A stretch of 62,787 bases of DNA, filler included, from Nemertoderma westbladi (lineage: Eukaryota > Animalia > Xenacoelomorpha): assembly GCA_032718475.1 (NCBI GenBank). It is 3 parts of 3 records of this genome, joined end to end, with 100 filler letters (N's around TTAATTAATTAA, not from the genome) between each part and the next. Parts side by side here need not be neighbours in the genome. Positions count along the whole stretch, not along the records: positions 44,172 to 62,787 come from JAUCBJ010000799.1; 2 more parts are not named here. One strand, given 5' to 3'. This document shows, piece after piece, positions 57,906 through 62,787 of the stretch. Position numbers and translations under genes: made by a program. Each line of letters begins with the position of its first letter. Within the stretch, counting starts at the first letter, position 1. Below the pieces are notes generated by a model. The model did no database searches. It was not told the origin of the DNA and saw only the letters and a program-made list of their open reading frames with translations.

Positions 57906-60828
57906 AGACAAAAAAAGGATTTAAACGGACAATAAAAATTATTGCGGCTTTTTATAGGAATCGATGATGACATGGCTATTTTTAAATTTGACTCACACAA
58001 GAGTTAGTATTGAGTATTGAGATTGCGTAATATTGCATCATTAATTGTCGTTGGCTGTGCATTACGGATTCGTTGTAACTTTGGATTCCTTACCAGTACT
58101 GGTATTGCTTCAGTAGTGAGTATCGGCGTATCGCATTGTTTGCGGAAAGTTATGTGGGGCGAGTCAGAACTGCGAATCATTAACGATAATGCTCTAGTGG
58201 GTTAAAAATTAAATTATCGTTATGGCTTGCTGATGAGATGTGTAGTAGCCTGTTGTGTTTAGAATCTGATGCCATACAACCGTATACTATTATACATAGG
58301 ATTGGTATAATTTTATTTAATTATTCAAGAGCAGCCACAAAGGTAGTACATTTCCATTTACTTGGCTTTGAAAGGTTGGGTGCAATCTTCGCTCGCGTCC
58401 AACCTTCGCCCGATTGGGGGAAAGGAACAGGTTACAGACACAATAGGTTACAGAAACGGATTTTTCTAACCAAAACAATAAACGAGGTTGTTAACACTAA
58501 TTTGGATGGCAAAGATTTCTCCGGGCAAAGATTGCTCGCGGGCGAAGCTTCCTCGCGGGCGAAGTTTGCTTCGTCCCCTTTGACACTGTGGATCAGGCAC
58601 GGCATCTTTTCGCTTTCGCTTTGACAATCAACTAATTCCGAACAAGCCTGTGAAGCCATTGGAAGGGTCCTGCATAGATTATTCAATAGAGTAACACGTC
58701 AAGCAGTTTCATCTACGAATTTATACCTACATTTAGCCCATGTGTGGAGAACCTTCAATTAACAATCCTCCCATAATTTCAATTGGATTCATTTGTAATC
58801 TCTATAATAAGAGATAACTACTATGAGATGATTATTATTTATGGTCCTCTATTATTTCCGTGGAAAAAGTCCGGGGCATGAAATGGTGTAAATCTAACAC
58901 CAAAGGTATATCATAAATAAATTTTAAAGATTTGCGTTTCGGTTTCGCGTATCTTCAAATCATCGTTTCAGCTGTTAGCATACTGATACATGTACAGTAC
59001 CGTGCTTACAGCACTTTTACAGAATACGCCACAATATTTAAGAATACATTCTAGAATAAGGTAAACTTTTTCCTAGAATAAAGTTTTTAATAATATAGTT
59101 AACAGCAGTATCTAACCTTAAGGCTAAACTAAATAAACTATAAAAGTGATGTGATTGTTGAACGTGCGAAACAATAAACAGTGGAGGCAACCCGAAGGCT
59201 CCTCTCTCTTGGATGTTTCCAAGGCAGGGAGGGCACCACACTAACTCCCAAGGGTGAACACTCCGTAAACATACAACTCTTTTTCTTTAATCCACCAGCA
59301 CAAGCCTGGTTCGCAAATCGCTGGGTTGGCGCAATAGTTACAAAATTGAAACCGGCTCGGTACGGGATCGAACCCGGGACCTCCCTGCTAGAAGCAAAGC
59401 GAGCAACATATCTGTAGATATACAGAATTTCTTTGTGTTACCCGCTTGACATGAATTTTAGAAAATCTTAGTCAAGGTAAAACTTCAAGTTTCAAGGTGA
59501 CCTTGAAGTGGATTTCCTGGTCAATCTCAAATTTTTTTTGAGTTACCCGGCCCTGGTCTGTCAAGCCTGAGTTGACATGCGGAGCAACCGGAATTGCAGC
59601 AAGATTATACTTCTGCCCAGGTATTATGCGATTCAGGTCAGCCCGCTAACTTCAACCAAATCCATTGGGTATAGCTAATCTGGACGCAATAACAAAATGT
59701 CTGCTTCCATCTAGTGTTGCTCTAAAAGCGTCAATAATTCAATAAAAAAAATGTAAACGGAAAAATGTAACAACTTGAAATACATTGTAGGTCTAGGCCC
59801 GCTCTCTATATTTATTTAATTATGATTTTTGTCTCCCCCAAAACTTTATCAAGCCCCATTTACTACCCCAAAACAAAATCCTTCTAATAATGTGGTGAGA
59901 GTATCTGCATGGGTGGGGTAAATTAATATATTAATATATTATATTATTTTATTTATTTATAAGTTGTGTATTTATATAAATTTGTTATCTTTTAGGTAAT
60001 TTTAACCTAAGGCTAGATTTTCCTGTTCCCAGTATAACACGTCGTGGAGTTTTAGCAAGCACGTTCAAAAGTTTCTTAGTCGCCCCCTAACGGGAGACTG
60101 CTGAGTCCCCCTCGCAAATTCTAAATCATAAAATCGACAGACTACAAGGGTACCAAGTTTGGTTTACCTTCATCAAAGAGTGTCAGAATTAATAGCATTA
60201 AAACATGTGCCGACAGATGAACCGACAGACCGACCAACCATCAGACATCAGCGTAAACAGCAGCGGTACCCACGCAGTATGCTAAACTCTCTTACCCCAA
60301 ACCGATCCAAACGATATAACAAAATGTCAGTGTAATTTAAATGGGGGTTTTAAAAAGTGTATTAGCATTAATGTGTCGGTACAGAACTTAGTAATATTTA
60401 CAATAGCAATATTGCATCTTTACATTAACATTTCGCTTTGGCAAAATTCAGTCTCCACGATACCACCGGTACCTACAAGATACCAGTTATTGTATCTTAC
60501 GCGCTGCTGTGTATCTTATAGTGGTAGACAATCATATACTGTATTGCTTTGGAATTGCGTAATATTGCAGCAATATTGTAATAGCGTAATGTGGATTCGT
60601 TGAAACTTTCTGGCTGGTAAAGTCTCAGTCGCTAGTAAAAGCTGCTACTAGTATTGTTTCAGTAGTGAGTGAGTAACAACTCAGTTTGGGGAAAGTTAGG
60701 TAGGCCTAAAGACTATTTAAAAAAATATAGGAACAATGACATTGCTAATTTATATTAATTTAAATTAATTGATTAGTTTATTAATATTAATCAGCGCTAT
60801 AGTTAAATAATATTGATGATTATTAATA

Positions 60829-60859
<31 letters not shown>

Positions 60860-62787
60860 AGTTCACCATTTTGGTCCAAAATATGTCGAATTTATTTTTA
60901 TAATCTATTATACTGCATGTTTCAATGGTGTTTCCAAATCGGAAAACCGCTATTTAATAGCTCTTTTAGTTTTCAAGTTATAACAATTTCCATTTAGTGA
61001 GACCATTGAAATTACTATTACTATGTATAATGAAAGGTCGATTATCTCCAAATATTCTTTTTATGAAATTGTCATCTTCAAAACCCTACTACTTCTACAA
61101 TTTTTGAGCAATTAGTCTGAAAATCTTTGTGGGTGTCTACATAGCCACCCTGCATAAAAGTATCAGACAACTTTTTGAAATTTTTTCTTAATAAAATGTA
61201 ATATTATTTATAACAAACCTAAAAAATTTGCATAATTTGCAGCGCCACCTTGCGATGCATGTTGCCCCATCTTTGATCTATCATATAAAAAAAACTTTCA
61301 TGTGATTAGATTCAAAACTGTAAAAGCCTTAGGGTTTTAAGCGCATCCAAGTTGTTTTGTTGTTAACTAGTATTATCTAATATTAAATAGCGAAAAATAA
61401 AATTTTTCTGACCTGTTATGTAGAATAGCATCTTAGGCACCCATATGCCAAATTTTAGCCAAAACCAAACAATTTTGAAACGCTGAGAGTGATAAATCGA
61501 AGTGTTGTCCGAAAATGACCCCCCCCCCCCACCCCCCTATATAACAGATATGTTTATAGCGGCAGCAACACTGCGAATTTAAGTTACATTTTCAGTAGCA
61601 CTTTAAAGTTCTCATCTTGAGCTGTAAAGATACATTACATATGTAATGCATGTACAGCTGATAATAATGATGATATAGTTACATAACTTAGTCACAAAAC
61701 AACTTGCTGCTCATACTAAAAATAAAAAAAAGTATTAAGTGGCACAATTCAGCCACCGTACAATTCAGCCACCGTAATATTCCCTGTATACAAGTAAAAT
61801 GAAATAGTCAACCAACGATAAATATGAATCATTTCAGTAAAAACATCGCTGGTTATAAATAATATCACCCGGATATTGGTTTTGGATATTGTTATCCATA
61901 ATGTATATTGATTATATGACTGTTCTCATATTGGAAAAATTTATAGAATAATGAAATGTATTTGTAATTTCCAAAGGTGATATTAATAATAGGGTTGGTG
62001 CGCGAAAAAAATCTTGGGCTTGAAACAATCGAATAAGGGGTAACAAGGTGCCCTGAAACGAGTGAATGGCGGGGTGTGTTTTTTGTAAAACATGTGGAAA
62101 CGGTCGAAATGGCGGATTTAATTAAGCGCGGGAAGCCAATTTTGAAAATCGGCTGTGATTGGCTGCTACAGATTTAACGTCACTACAATAGTGATCTGAT
62201 AATTTATTATTCTGATAATCTTGCGCATCTTTTGACACTAATTAATTAAATTCTTAATGAAGAACATTGATAAAATGTTGTTCACAATTGTAATTGCCTG
62301 GCCGGTATGCAAGCACTCGGCCCTATCCACCTATTACATTGCAGTATCGGAGCTACCGGTGACCGGTACACTAGCTGAGTGTACTACTACCAATTATTAT
62401 AGAACCGGCAGACGGATATTACAAGTTTAGTGTTACCATTTACCTGTAAGTCTAATCTGTAGTCCTTACCGTACTTTACTACTATGATCGGCATGCTGCA
62501 TTGCAGCTGCATTTTTAAGAATGCTGTGCCGGCTTGTCAACAAAAAGCAGGGAACTGCTGTATTAGGTGTGCATACGGATCAGGCAATCTGCCGAATTTC
62601 AAATTGCAAACAGCATTTGATCGATGTTCATAATAATGAATTTAATTAATTGTAGTTTCAACAGACGCGCAAGACCTCCGCTTTCAATTGATATAAGCCA
62701 CGGGTGAAAGGATTGAGATTAAATGTGTATTTGAATGGATCGAAAATCGCTGTCCAGAGAAACCAAGATAAAAAATTCACTTTGTAG

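Noticed and set aside
59894-59904. GGTGAGAGTAT, partial match to the intron TIR
   Set aside because: Only 11 bp and no partner repeat seen.
60830-61540. Possible TIR element bounded by poly-G and poly-C
   Set aside because: The inverted match beyond the homopolymers is weak and no clear TSD is visible.

Overview
Repeat-dense, AT-rich eukaryotic DNA, most likely from an invertebrate animal (inferred from the transposon families and the zinc-finger type). It consists of three contigs joined by 100-nt N spacers that contain a TTAATTAATTAA linker (17662-17761, 44072-44171). I found no rRNA, intact tRNA or CRISPR. Main contents: (1) an IS3EU-like DDE transposase whose single intron carries perfect 16-bp terminal inverted repeats, like an introner; (2) an 11.4-kb LTR element (571-bp LTRs with 7 differences, 5-bp TSD) with BEL/Pao-type gag and protease but no RT, RNase H or integrase, carrying instead a DEDDy-like 3'-5' exonuclease plus CCHC-knuckle cargo gene; (3) a diverged, internally deleted relative of that element without the cargo; (4) an uninterrupted ORF with 102 (+1 frameshifted) near-identical C2H2 fingers on an 84-bp minisatellite, variable mainly at DNA-contact positions; (5) a Kolobok/Mutator-like transposase cut by a gap; (6) decayed LINEs, several MITEs with clear TIRs and TSDs, SINE remnants and many tandem repeats. 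All family assignments come from motif recognition by eye; no database search was run.
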